A DNA stretch of 64,000 nt from an uncultured Fibrobacterota bacterium (GTDB lineage: Bacteria > Fibrobacterota > Chitinivibrionia > Chitinivibrionales > FEN-1185): positions 192,001 to 256,000 of the forward strand of contig CAVWBU010000024.1 of NCBI GenBank assembly GCA_963753345.1. The letters are read 5' to 3'. Below, piece by piece: positions 47,124 to 55,955 of the stretch (position 1 is the stretch's first letter; each line of letters starts with the position of its first letter). Under the pieces are notes generated by a model, which was not told the origin of the DNA, ran no database searches, and worked only from the letters and a program-made list of their open reading frames with translations. Position numbers and translations under genes: made by a program.

Positions 47124-48029
47124 TCATCTCCCGAAATGGATTTCCTGCGCTTCACTCTCGTTGGCACTGTCGGCATTGCCCGCTGCGGGCGGGGCGACGG
47201 CGTCGGCCCGTGGTGTTGTCGCCGCTACCGCGCCGATGGCCGGCTGGGATGCCGGCGCAGGATTTGCGGTCTGGGGCTGGCCTGCGGCCGCCTGCTCCTC
47301 CGGCGTGAGGATCCTCCTGCGCACAAGCACTTTTCTGCCGTGAAGGACCTCTGTGTTCTCCGGAACAATCGCGAGAGGTTCTTTTTGCACAACGGGCTGG
47401 CTGACGGCAATGCTCGGCGGCGGATTCTGCATCGGTTCCCGCACAGGGGAAACCGGCGCCGCAGGCGCAGGTGCGCTTGCCGGCGGGTTTGCAGCGTATG
47501 GCATCGGCTGATCACTGCGCGGCCTGTCCGCTTCGGGGCCCCTGCTCCTGTCCGCTTCAGGACCTCTGTTTCTGTCCCTAAACTGGCCGCCCTGCGGCCT
47601 GTTGTTTCTGTCCCTTCTCCGGAAATCGTCGTCGCGTCCGCGGTTCGGCCTGCTGTTGTCGGGTCTCCGCTGGGAATTCTGGGGCGGCGCCACAACGTCC
47701 CGCATGTTCTTGCGGGCGTTTTCCTGGTCGCGTTCGGCATTCTTGAGCTTAAGATTTATGTCCCGCAGGGATGTCTCAATGTGATCGACCGGCTGCGGTT
47801 CCGGCCGAACAAACGGCTTCTGCCTCTGATCCATCATTGGCCTCTTGTTGAAACGGTTGTCGTCGCGTCTTTTCCCAAGGTCACGGGTGTCATTGTTCGC
47901 GGGCGAAACCGCTGCGGGTGCGGGCTTTGCAGCCGCTTTTCTGCCGGTAAGAATAAGAATAATCGACACTATCTGAAGAATGATGATAATGGCAGACGCA
48001 ATAATAAGAAGTATTGTTGCTGAATCCAT
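47124..48029 (-). CDS. Hypothetical membrane-anchored, largely disordered protein
   Basis: N-terminal TM helix, short coiled coil, R/D/N-rich and P/A-rich regions. GGAG ribosome-binding site. Confidence 0.75.
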   Translation of the reverse strand: MDSATILLIIASAIIIILQIVSIILILTGRKAAAKPAPAAVSPANNDTRDLGKRRDDNRFNKRPMMDQRQKPFVRPEPQPVDHIETSLRDINLKLKNAERDQENARKNMRDVVAPPQNSQRRPDNSRPNRGRDDDFRRRDRNNRPQGGQFRDRNRGPEADRSRGPEADRPRSDQPMPYAANPPASAPAPAAPVSPVREPMQNPPPSIAVSQPVVQKEPLAIVPENTEVLHGRKVLVRRRILTPEEQAAAGQPQTANPAPASQPAIGAVAATTPRADAVAPPAAGNADSANESEAQEIHFGR

Positions 48030-48351
48030 AATGAATAAACTCCATAAGGTTTGATAATAGTTGCATTGCTAATCGCGTTGGTGCATTGTCACTGTTGCTC
48101 GTTCGCTCTTTACAAGCGCATGGTTTTCCGGCGCGCCTTTTGTGCGCGCAACGCATTTTTTGTCGAAAGGTCAAGCAACCCTCCCGCGTTTGCGCGGAAC
48201 ATGGGGTTGCCGTACACGGACACATCGAGCAATCGAACTTTTACTGCCGTGGGCCTCCTTTCTTGTTTTGTCAATAGACGGCGCCGTCTCGGACGCCGCG
48301 TTATCCCGTTTGTCAAACATTAGCGGGGACCGCGCCCGCCGCTTCCGGGTT

Positions 48352-48480
48352 TCAGCAGGACGGCCTCTTGATGAGCACGGTCAACAGGTTGATCTTCTTC
48401 GTCGCCGGGTAAGTTCTGCTCCACAGGAAAACGAGAACGAGGAGGAAGAAAAAGAAGTTGACGATCAGGACGATTTCCAT
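48352..48480 (-). CDS. Putative 42-aa single-pass membrane protein
   Basis: MEIVLIVNFFFFLLVLVFLWSRTYPATKKINLLTVLIKRPSC. Third codon positions are strongly C/G-biased. It is below the ORF-track length cutoff. Confidence 0.45.
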   Translation of the reverse strand: MEIVLIVNFFFFLLVLVFLWSRTYPATKKINLLTVLIKRPSC

Positions 48481-48596
48481 GGGGTTGTCTAACGGCAGCC
48501 CTCGAATACCCCTTGTTGCGGCTTTACCATATGAAAAGATACGTTCCGGCGCTTGCGGGATGCAAGAAATCCGGAAAAATCACCCGCTCATTCCTC

Positions 48597-51500
48597 TTAC
48601 CGCGGCGGATTTATCGCCAGTTTTTCTATCCCGCTCTTCACCACTTTCTGGTTAAGCTTGTCAACAGCGATCACCTGGTACAGGTACACGCCCGGCGAAA
48701 GTCTGTTGCCGAAATTGTCCCTTCCGTCAAACAACTCGCCACGCCTGGCGTCTTTGAACACCCGCACCAGGCGGCCGGACAGCGTGAACAGTCGTATGGA
48801 GACCACGACCTGGTCCTGATCATTCACCGTCACGGTTTTCGACAGGTCGTAGTAGAAGGAGCTCGACTGCCCCATCGCCATCGGGTTCGGGTAGGTAAAC
48901 ACGTGGTACAGCGCCAGGTCTTCCTGCGCGATAACGTCAAAAGCGACGCTTCGCTTCGCCACATTGCCGAGAAGGTCCTGCGCGGTGATGTTCATGGAAT
49001 AGGAACCCGGCGTCATTGTCCCGGCGTCAAAGGTCCAGCTTGCAGTGCCGCGCCGGTAGTCCCCCTGTCCGAATTGGAACTTGTGATCGATGTTGGTGCG
49101 GGCGACAATGCCGGGAACCTCAAACGTTATTCCCTCGTCCGGTCCGGTGGAAACCGCGTCGATGCCGCTGGAATCGAACAGCATTATTTCGATTGTCAAG
49201 GGGAGCGGCGCCGTTATCTTGTCGGTGAACGAAGCGCCCGTGCTCGACGCGGCGGCCGAGGTCGCGGTCCCGCCCTGATACACCGGCCGGACCGATATCG
49301 CCGGGCCCACGGTATCCGAGATCTTGGTGGAAGAAAACCCGTGGAAAATGAATCCGCTGTTGCTGCCGAGCGCAACGCTGTCGCCGAGCCAGCCGTACCC
49401 GGTGAGCCGGATGCCGGGGGTGTTGAAGGTGACGTTCTTGGGCAGGAGAATATGCTGATTGAGCGTGCCACTCACAATCTGCGTCTGGCCCGCGAAGATC
49501 GGGGCGCCGGGCATTTTGTAGGTGGGGTTGTTCCCTGTGATGGCGGCGCCGCCGTCTTTGCGCGTGGTGACATACGGCGGATTGAACAGGCTCAACTGGA
49601 TTTTTGCATTGCCGCCGGAGCCGAACTGAAGGTCGGCGGTGCCGTTCTTCCTCAGAATTGTTCCCCGCAGGGTCACCTGCTGCAACGCCTTGAGCGTGTC
49701 TTTGAGCACCGTGCCGGAATTGTCGACAATGGTGAACGAAACCCTGCGCGCCGGTCTCAGGAGTTCCATGGAAGGATCGCCCAGATACGAATAGACTTTC
49801 TGGTTGTTGTCGTGGACGGCAGCCTTTGCATAGGCCAGCGCCTGGCCCATGCTCTGGGCACCGGAATCGGTGGTGTCAAAGCAGTAACCGAAAAAATGCT
49901 TTGCCAGGTTGTCGTTGTCGGAAGCATATGCTTCGCGCGTTGCCGATACGGTGGAGATGGCGCCGCTGCTCTGGGCCAGCACCATGTATTCGGCCAGGCA
50001 CCGCACAGTGCCCGGCAGGTCGAATTCGCCCACCGAACACGAAAACGCGGAGAAAAGGGGATACTGGAGGTTGTTCTGCAGATTGGCGATGTCCTCGGCC
50101 ATAAAGATGTGCTCGTCGGCAAGCACGTTGGCGGCGCCGTGGCCGAAATAGTTGACACAAGCAACGCCGTTGTTTATGCCGTCGATGAGCGCCTGTTTTG
50201 CCTCGGGTTTTTCGTGCTGCGCGTTCCACGGGTATTCGAACAGATAGTCCTTCCTCATGTCGATGGCAGGGCACAGACCCTCAACGATAGAATCAACAGC
50301 CTCCGACGACTGCAGATGGTCGGTCCCGAGCGGGTCCGGAACGGCGCCCTGCATGTCGTCGTCGGCGACAAGAAGCATCCTGTTGCGCCAGGCGCCGAAA
50401 TCCGCCTTGGTGAGGTCTTCCATCTGAATGATTTTATTGACCGCCTGCGACGCGTCCTGGGCCGTCTTGCAGGGAATGCGGCCCAGAAAACAGGCCGGCA
50501 CGGCGGACAGAAGGTTGGGGCTGTCGCCCGGGTCCAGATACACAAAAAAATCCTCAATGCACAAGTTGCTGACTTCCGCCACCGGGAGAAAGCTTGTGTC
50601 CTGGGTCGCGATATTCCGGTAATCGTAATGACCATGGCCCATCAGCACCACGTAGTCGAACGCCGTGTGCCATTGGGAAGCCATGTTGGCACGCACATAC
50701 TCAAGGCAGTTGCGCAATGCCGAAGGATCGGTGTTGCCGCCCGAGAACTGGTTGTAAATGTCGGTAATCGATATGGCCATGGGATTGCCGAATCGTCCGA
50801 TGTTTTTCTTGTGCCGCGCAAGTGTCTGCGCCTGAACCATGAAATTGGGATGCGTTACAATGAGATAGTCAATCGAATCGGGGTAAGGGAACGTGCGCAG
50901 GTCCCTTACGGTAAAATTCGACCCGCTCGCGGAAGGCACCGGCGTCATCACCGGGGCATTGCCCACCGCCTGCTGCGTGCACACGTAGTACCGCACGCCG
51001 AGGCCGGCGGTGTCGGTCCACTCGTACGCGCCGCCGCCCCGCACCGTGTCAACCAGCGACATCGAAGCGTCGGCGTTGGCGATTCTCACGATGTAAACAA
51101 GGTCGGCGGGAAGGCCGCTCAGCCGATAGCGCACAATCCCGGAATTATCAGGCGAAAACACGGTCATGGAGGACTGGTTTGTCATGTCGAGCTTCGCCAT
51201 ATATTTGAACTCCACCTGCCTCAGCTCGACAGTGTCCTTGGGGCCGGAGTTTATCAATGATAAAGCGAGACTGCTGCCTGCGGTGTACGAAAAGGGGAAC
51301 CATATGCCACCATATTGGGAGCATTGCGTGCAGACCGGAGAACCGCCGATCGACAGCGCGATGCTCGACGTCCCGATCGAATGGTCGGCAACCACCTGAA
51401 CGCTGCACGCAACCGACGGGTCCGCATGGGGAAGAACCAGATTTTTAATGGAAAACAGCGGCAGGTAATACGTGAGTACGGTCCACGCCCACTCAAGGCC

Positions 51501-52685
51501 GCCGCCGGAGCCCTGATCAAGCGACGGCAACATGGATTTCTTAAGGAGCAGGTGATTCTGAAAGGAAGTGACCGTGTCCTGGACCGGGGCCGACACCGGC
51601 GCGGTTTTGACGAGCGACAGGCCGGGCGTGTCCTTCACCGCAATCCAGTAATGGCGATAATCGTCGTAGTGGTCGATCATGTAAGAGTAGAGATGGGGAT
51701 TCGACGTGGTGTCGAATTTCCAGTCCGATATGCTGCTGACATACGCGAGAAGATAGTCGTTGGCATCAAGCGTATCGTTTTTGTTCACGTCGACCCGGAT
51801 GACGGGAACTTCGCTTACACCGTCCGGAATCTGGTCGGTCTGCGGGGTCTGCGTCGGAAGTTCGCCCTTGTACGACGCGTACAGGGCGACCCGGTCGATT
51901 CGCGGCGAGCTTCCAAGAAGGCGGACGATGTCGCTCCCGCGAATCATGATCATCCCGTTTTCGTTGATCGTTCCTTCGTTGAAACCGCCGGTGCCATCGC
52001 CGATGGTGAACGAAAGCATGGGTTGCGTGATCTTCAAAGGATATGCCTTTACCGCAGCGCGCTTCGCAAGGGGCGCCGCCGCCGCCCACCCCGCCGCCAC
52101 TTGATAATTGAGAAACAGTCTGCGCACCATGCGTGCAAAATCCGAGGTGGCCGGTCTGGTTGCCGGCGCCGTCTGCGCCGCGGGAAATTCGACCGTGATT
52201 TCCGCTTTGTCCAGAATCTGCGCGGTGAGGGCCCCTTTTTGGTAATGTACCGGCCTCAGAATAAACTGCGCGCCCCGCAAAGAACCGAACTGGGCGTACA
52301 GAGGATCGGAAATCCAGAGTCCGGGGAAGCGCAGGCCCGGATATCGCGGACCGGTTTTCGGCGCGCTCCTCACGCGGAGCGGACTGCGGAGCGGCTCGAC
52401 ATGCGAAGACGCCTGGGTCACCTGCACGGAAACCGCGCCCCGCAGCGGCACGCCGAGATGCACCGAAACCGCCGGAACCAGAGGGTCGCCGTCGTCACCC
52501 AAATCCACATTCGCGCCGGAAAAGTCGATGCGCGACGGAATTCCGGCCTTCTGATCTATGCGGAGATTGTCGGTCGTCCATTCAAACGTGAATTTCTGTG
52601 GGGAGTTCTGGATCACCCGGATTGAAGAAAACGACACGCTGACGCATCCGAGACAGAGAAGGAACATAATGGCACGGTTGAACAT
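48597..52685 (-). CDS. porU: Type IX secretion sortase PorU-like (peptidase C25 family)
   Basis: DYLIVTHP.F, IYNQFSGG..D, GRIP, NYFGHG (His), FSCSVG.FD (Cys), YLGDP, DT.GP.I, and a C-terminal CTD (YPNP...FTLSGRLV...PGVYLY). Confidence 0.85.
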   Translation of the reverse strand: MFNRAIMFLLCLGCVSVSFSSIRVIQNSPQKFTFEWTTDNLRIDQKAGIPSRIDFSGANVDLGDDGDPLVPAVSVHLGVPLRGAVSVQVTQASSHVEPLRSPLRVRSAPKTGPRYPGLRFPGLWISDPLYAQFGSLRGAQFILRPVHYQKGALTAQILDKAEITVEFPAAQTAPATRPATSDFARMVRRLFLNYQVAAGWAAAAPLAKRAAVKAYPLKITQPMLSFTIGDGTGGFNEGTINENGMIMIRGSDIVRLLGSSPRIDRVALYASYKGELPTQTPQTDQIPDGVSEVPVIRVDVNKNDTLDANDYLLAYVSSISDWKFDTTSNPHLYSYMIDHYDDYRHYWIAVKDTPGLSLVKTAPVSAPVQDTVTSFQNHLLLKKSMLPSLDQGSGGGLEWAWTVLTYYLPLFSIKNLVLPHADPSVACSVQVVADHSIGTSSIALSIGGSPVCTQCSQYGGIWFPFSYTAGSSLALSLINSGPKDTVELRQVEFKYMAKLDMTNQSSMTVFSPDNSGIVRYRLSGLPADLVYIVRIANADASMSLVDTVRGGGAYEWTDTAGLGVRYYVCTQQAVGNAPVMTPVPSASGSNFTVRDLRTFPYPDSIDYLIVTHPNFMVQAQTLARHKKNIGRFGNPMAISITDIYNQFSGGNTDPSALRNCLEYVRANMASQWHTAFDYVVLMGHGHYDYRNIATQDTSFLPVAEVSNLCIEDFFVYLDPGDSPNLLSAVPACFLGRIPCKTAQDASQAVNKIIQMEDLTKADFGAWRNRMLLVADDDMQGAVPDPLGTDHLQSSEAVDSIVEGLCPAIDMRKDYLFEYPWNAQHEKPEAKQALIDGINNGVACVNYFGHGAANVLADEHIFMAEDIANLQNNLQYPLFSAFSCSVGEFDLPGTVRCLAEYMVLAQSSGAISTVSATREAYASDNDNLAKHFFGYCFDTTDSGAQSMGQALAYAKAAVHDNNQKVYSYLGDPSMELLRPARRVSFTIVDNSGTVLKDTLKALQQVTLRGTILRKNGTADLQFGSGGNAKIQLSLFNPPYVTTRKDGGAAITGNNPTYKMPGAPIFAGQTQIVSGTLNQHILLPKNVTFNTPGIRLTGYGWLGDSVALGSNSGFIFHGFSSTKISDTVGPAISVRPVYQGGTATSAAASSTGASFTDKITAPLPLTIEIMLFDSSGIDAVSTGPDEGITFEVPGIVARTNIDHKFQFGQGDYRRGTASWTFDAGTMTPGSYSMNITAQDLLGNVAKRSVAFDVIAQEDLALYHVFTYPNPMAMGQSSSFYYDLSKTVTVNDQDQVVVSIRLFTLSGRLVRVFKDARRGELFDGRDNFGNRLSPGVYLYQVIAVDKLNQKVVKSGIEKLAINPPR

Positions 52686-53005
52686 CGGATTCTTTTCCTT
52701 TTTTCCGGATCAGCGGGCCTGCGTCAGCACAACACTTTTCAATTCCTGGAAGCGCATGCGCGTGCACTTTTCTCCCTATCGTGAAGAATCGACCTTACGA
52801 TAATACGTTTTAAAATACTATTTAATGTGGGATAATGGAGATTCTCCTGGAGGAAGCGCATCCTTAAATCCGGGAACCGCAGCAACGCCAGGGAAAACTT
52901 GTTCCGCCTTCCTTCATTTTAATCAAGTATACTTCTGTACGACGGCACGTGAACCTTTCTGCCGCACCGTGTCACCGAATTTCCCGCCGGAAAGAACACA
53001 ACCCT

Positions 53006-54196
53006 GTGGAACTGACCCTCACGATTGAAAAAATGGTGCACGGAGGATTAGGGCTTTGCCGCACCGAAAACGGCATTGTTTTTGTTTCCGGCGCTCTCCC
53101 GGGTGAGACCGTCCGCGCAACGGTTGTGCATACCGCAAGCGGCAGGGCGCATGCCTCGGTTGCCGACATTGTAAAACCTTCGCCCTCTCGCCGGAAACCC
53201 GCATGCCCGTTTGCCGGAATCTGCGGCGGCTGCGACTGGCTTCATATCGAATACAAAGCGCAGGCCGCCATGAAGGCGGAAATCTTCCGGGAATGCCTCG
53301 GCCGGGTCGGCAAGATCGGCGAGGTGCCGGTTGTGGAAATCGTGGAGTCTCCCGAGTTCGGATACCGCCAGAGGGTGCAGTTCAAGCTCGACCGCGCCGC
53401 GCAGACCGCCGGTTTCTTCAGAAGGAAATCCTCAGACATCGTTTCCGTTTCCCGTTGTCCCGTTCTGTGCGACCGCCTCAATGAACTCCTGGCGGTCCTG
53501 CCTTCGCGCATGTCAAAATTGCCCCGCGACCTTTTTCAGGTGAAGGCGATGTGCGGCTCGCCGCCGCCGCCGGCGGAAGGCAAAGCGCACCCTGCGGAAA
53601 TCGCCTCCCATCCCGTCATTCCCGGCATTACCGTTCTGTCAACGATCATTGAAACGGGGGCGCGTCGGTTTTTCGTGGATGGCGAAAGCTTCTTCCAGGC
53701 AAACCGGTTTTTATGCGGAGCCATGGGACAATGGGCGGAACAGAATCTCAAGGGTGAAACCCTGTGGGACCTTTTCGGGGGAGGCGGGTTCTTCTCCGTG
53801 TTCCTCGGAAAGCAATTTACAAACGGAGTCTTGGTGGAAAGCGAACCGCGCTCCGCCTTAGAGGCGCGGAAGAACATGGCGGAAAACGGCATGGGCGGCA
53901 TACGCGTGGAGGCGCGGACCGTTGCAGATTTTCTTCGCGACGCGAAGAAGACCGGACTGCGCGCCGATTGCGTGGTGGTGGATCCGCCGAGAGAGGGGCT
54001 CCAGAAGGATGTCCGCGAGCTGCTCGCGGCCGTCGCGCCGTCCACGCTGTTGTACGTCTCCTGCGACCCCGCCACCCAGGCGCGCGACGCAGGCCACCTC
54101 ATGAGGTCCTGCGGCTACAATATAGAAAAAGCCGCGATATTTGACTGCTATCCGCAAACGCACCATCTGGAAACAATAGTGCTGCTCAAAAAGTAG
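53006..54196 (+). CDS. TRAM-domain RNA (uracil-C5)-methyltransferase, RlmD/TrmA family
   Basis: Motifs IEKMVHGG.G, CP....CGGC, FFQAN, VDPPR.G, YVSCDP.T.ARD and D.YPQT.H.E. Confidence 0.92.
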   Translation: MELTLTIEKMVHGGLGLCRTENGIVFVSGALPGETVRATVVHTASGRAHASVADIVKPSPSRRKPACPFAGICGGCDWLHIEYKAQAAMKAEIFRECLGRVGKIGEVPVVEIVESPEFGYRQRVQFKLDRAAQTAGFFRRKSSDIVSVSRCPVLCDRLNELLAVLPSRMSKLPRDLFQVKAMCGSPPPPAEGKAHPAEIASHPVIPGITVLSTIIETGARRFFVDGESFFQANRFLCGAMGQWAEQNLKGETLWDLFGGGGFFSVFLGKQFTNGVLVESEPRSALEARKNMAENGMGGIRVEARTVADFLRDAKKTGLRADCVVVDPPREGLQKDVRELLAAVAPSTLLYVSCDPATQARDAGHLMRSCGYNIEKAAIFDCYPQTHHLETIVLLKK

Positions 54197-54243
54197 CCGG
54201 ATTCCAAAACGAGTATGATTATTTTTCACTTGCGGGTTTCATC

Positions 54244-54639
54244 ATGAATACTGTCATTATAAGTGCAGGGTCGAACATCAACCCTCACGAAAACCTTTCA
54301 AAGGCCGAGGAACTCTTGGACAGGGACGTGCGCGTTCTTGCCTGCGCGAGCCGCCTCGTCACGAAACCCGTTGGATTCGCGGATCAGCCCGACTTCGTCA
54401 ACACCGCATTTCTCGTGGAAACCCCGCTCGACATCGCGCCGTTTACGGCATATCTGAAAAACGTTGAAACATCGCTGGGCCGTGTGCGAGGGCCGGAAAA
54501 ATCGGGCCCCCGCACCATCGACCTTGACATAGCGGTATTCAACGGATCGGTCGTGGACGAGGACGTTTTCGAAAGGAATTTTTTGCAAAAGCTGATTCTG
54601 GAAGTCGCGCCGCAGATGAAGGACAGGCTGGTGCGTTGA
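54244..54639 (+). CDS. folK: 2-amino-4-hydroxy-6-hydroxymethyldihydropteridine diphosphokinase
   Basis: Motifs GSNI, QPDFVN, E..LGR and GPRTIDLDI. Confidence 0.93.
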   Translation: MNTVIISAGSNINPHENLSKAEELLDRDVRVLACASRLVTKPVGFADQPDFVNTAFLVETPLDIAPFTAYLKNVETSLGRVRGPEKSGPRTIDLDIAVFNGSVVDEDVFERNFLQKLILEVAPQMKDRLVR

Positions 54640-54738
54640 CTGCAGGTTTTGGCGGGTCGTTTGCATGCGGCAAGAAGGTACGATTTATTTTATTGAACAC
54701 CATCCACGTTTCCCGCACCAAGGAAAGGAACAGCTTTC

Positions 54739-55479
54739 ATGCAGCACAGCCCAACCGACCAGACGCTTGTTCTCATCAAGCCCGACGCGCTCAAAAATTC
54801 CCTCACCGGCTACGTTCTATCGCTCCTTTCGGAATTTCACACCGGCCTTCGGTTCGCCGGCGTGAAAGTCGTGCATGTCAACAGGATGCTCGCCGAAGAG
54901 CACTATGCCGAGCACAAGGGAAAAGTCTTTTACCCTTCGCTCATAGAATACATCACCGGCCGCCTCCACTATGCCGATGACCCGTGGAAGCGGAGGGTGA
55001 TCGCCATGGTGTACCAGGGACAAGACGCCATAAAGAAGATACGCGAGATTGCCGGCCCCACCAACCCCCTCAGCGCACGTGAGAAGAAGCCCGGGTGCAT
55101 CCGGTCGCTCGGCACACTCGCGCCAATCAAGGACGAGGCGGGAAACATCCTTGGCGAACGCATGGACAACCTCATTCATGCTTCCGCAAACGAAGGCGAC
55201 GCGGAACGGGAGATAAAGCTGTGGTTCAGGCCTAACGACATTCCGCCGGCAATGCAGCCCTATGCGGCGGGCGAAAGCAACGAGCATTATTATTATAAGG
55301 AGGGCAAGCTGTTTACCTCCCACGAACCGGGCAGCGCGTGCATCCTTGCGCCCGGCGACATTGCATGGAAATCGGACCTTGACGTTCTGGGAAAGCTGTG
55401 CAATGGCGGAAAGCCCGCGTGTTCGCTGCAGGCGGTGGTGGCGAAATACCTTATTAATGAAGAATGGGAAAAGGATTAG
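54739..55479 (+). CDS. ndk: Nucleoside diphosphate kinase with a C-terminal extension
   Basis: Motifs TLVLIKPDA, HYAEH..K.F, GPTNP, PG.IR, NLIHAS (catalytic His) and EREI.LWF. Confidence 0.9.
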   Translation: MQHSPTDQTLVLIKPDALKNSLTGYVLSLLSEFHTGLRFAGVKVVHVNRMLAEEHYAEHKGKVFYPSLIEYITGRLHYADDPWKRRVIAMVYQGQDAIKKIREIAGPTNPLSAREKKPGCIRSLGTLAPIKDEAGNILGERMDNLIHASANEGDAEREIKLWFRPNDIPPAMQPYAAGESNEHYYYKEGKLFTSHEPGSACILAPGDIAWKSDLDVLGKLCNGGKPACSLQAVVAKYLINEEWEKD

Positions 55480-55955
55480 GAAACTTCTTAGGATATTCGC
55501 AAACGCGGCCGCTACTGAAGGGAGTGGCGAATATGGCGCTTGCACCTGCCGAATGCCAACCGTTACAATTTGCAAATCTTTTACCGAGCGCATTTGACAT
55601 AAAAGAAACGGACAATTGCGGTACGGTTCTGTGAATTAATTCCCTTGTTTTTGGTCGAGAACCGTGGTAAAATGATATTCTAATCCAGCCCTGCAATCTT
55701 TGCTCCAGAAAAAAAAATCGACTTTGGCTTCCCGCCATTTTTCGAAGAATGGTCTTACGTGTGGGAGCTTAAAGGGGAAAAGTGTCACCCAATATCCGGG
55801 CCGAAAAGGGACATTATCTGGTTGGCACCACACGTGAATGAAAATACAAAAGATATTAAAGATATTGAAGATAATCCCGGAAATGACATGTGAAACATAA
55901 TAGGGGGTCTGCGATCACTGGTTCAAAGTGGTTTATGATCTTCGAGGGGAATCTA

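Noticed and set aside
45822-48023. 733-aa plus-strand ORF
   Set aside because: R/G/P-rich shadow frame opposite two well-supported minus-strand genes.
48513-51260. 915-aa plus-strand ORF
   Set aside because: Antisense shadow of porU caused by high-GC codon bias. It has no recognisable motifs.
55480-55950. Possible riboswitch (e.g. c-di-GMP) upstream of the large secreted gene
   Set aside because: There is a hairpin (ATATTCGC/GCGAATAT) and an A9 run, but no convincing match to a known aptamer consensus by eye. An Rfam search would be needed.
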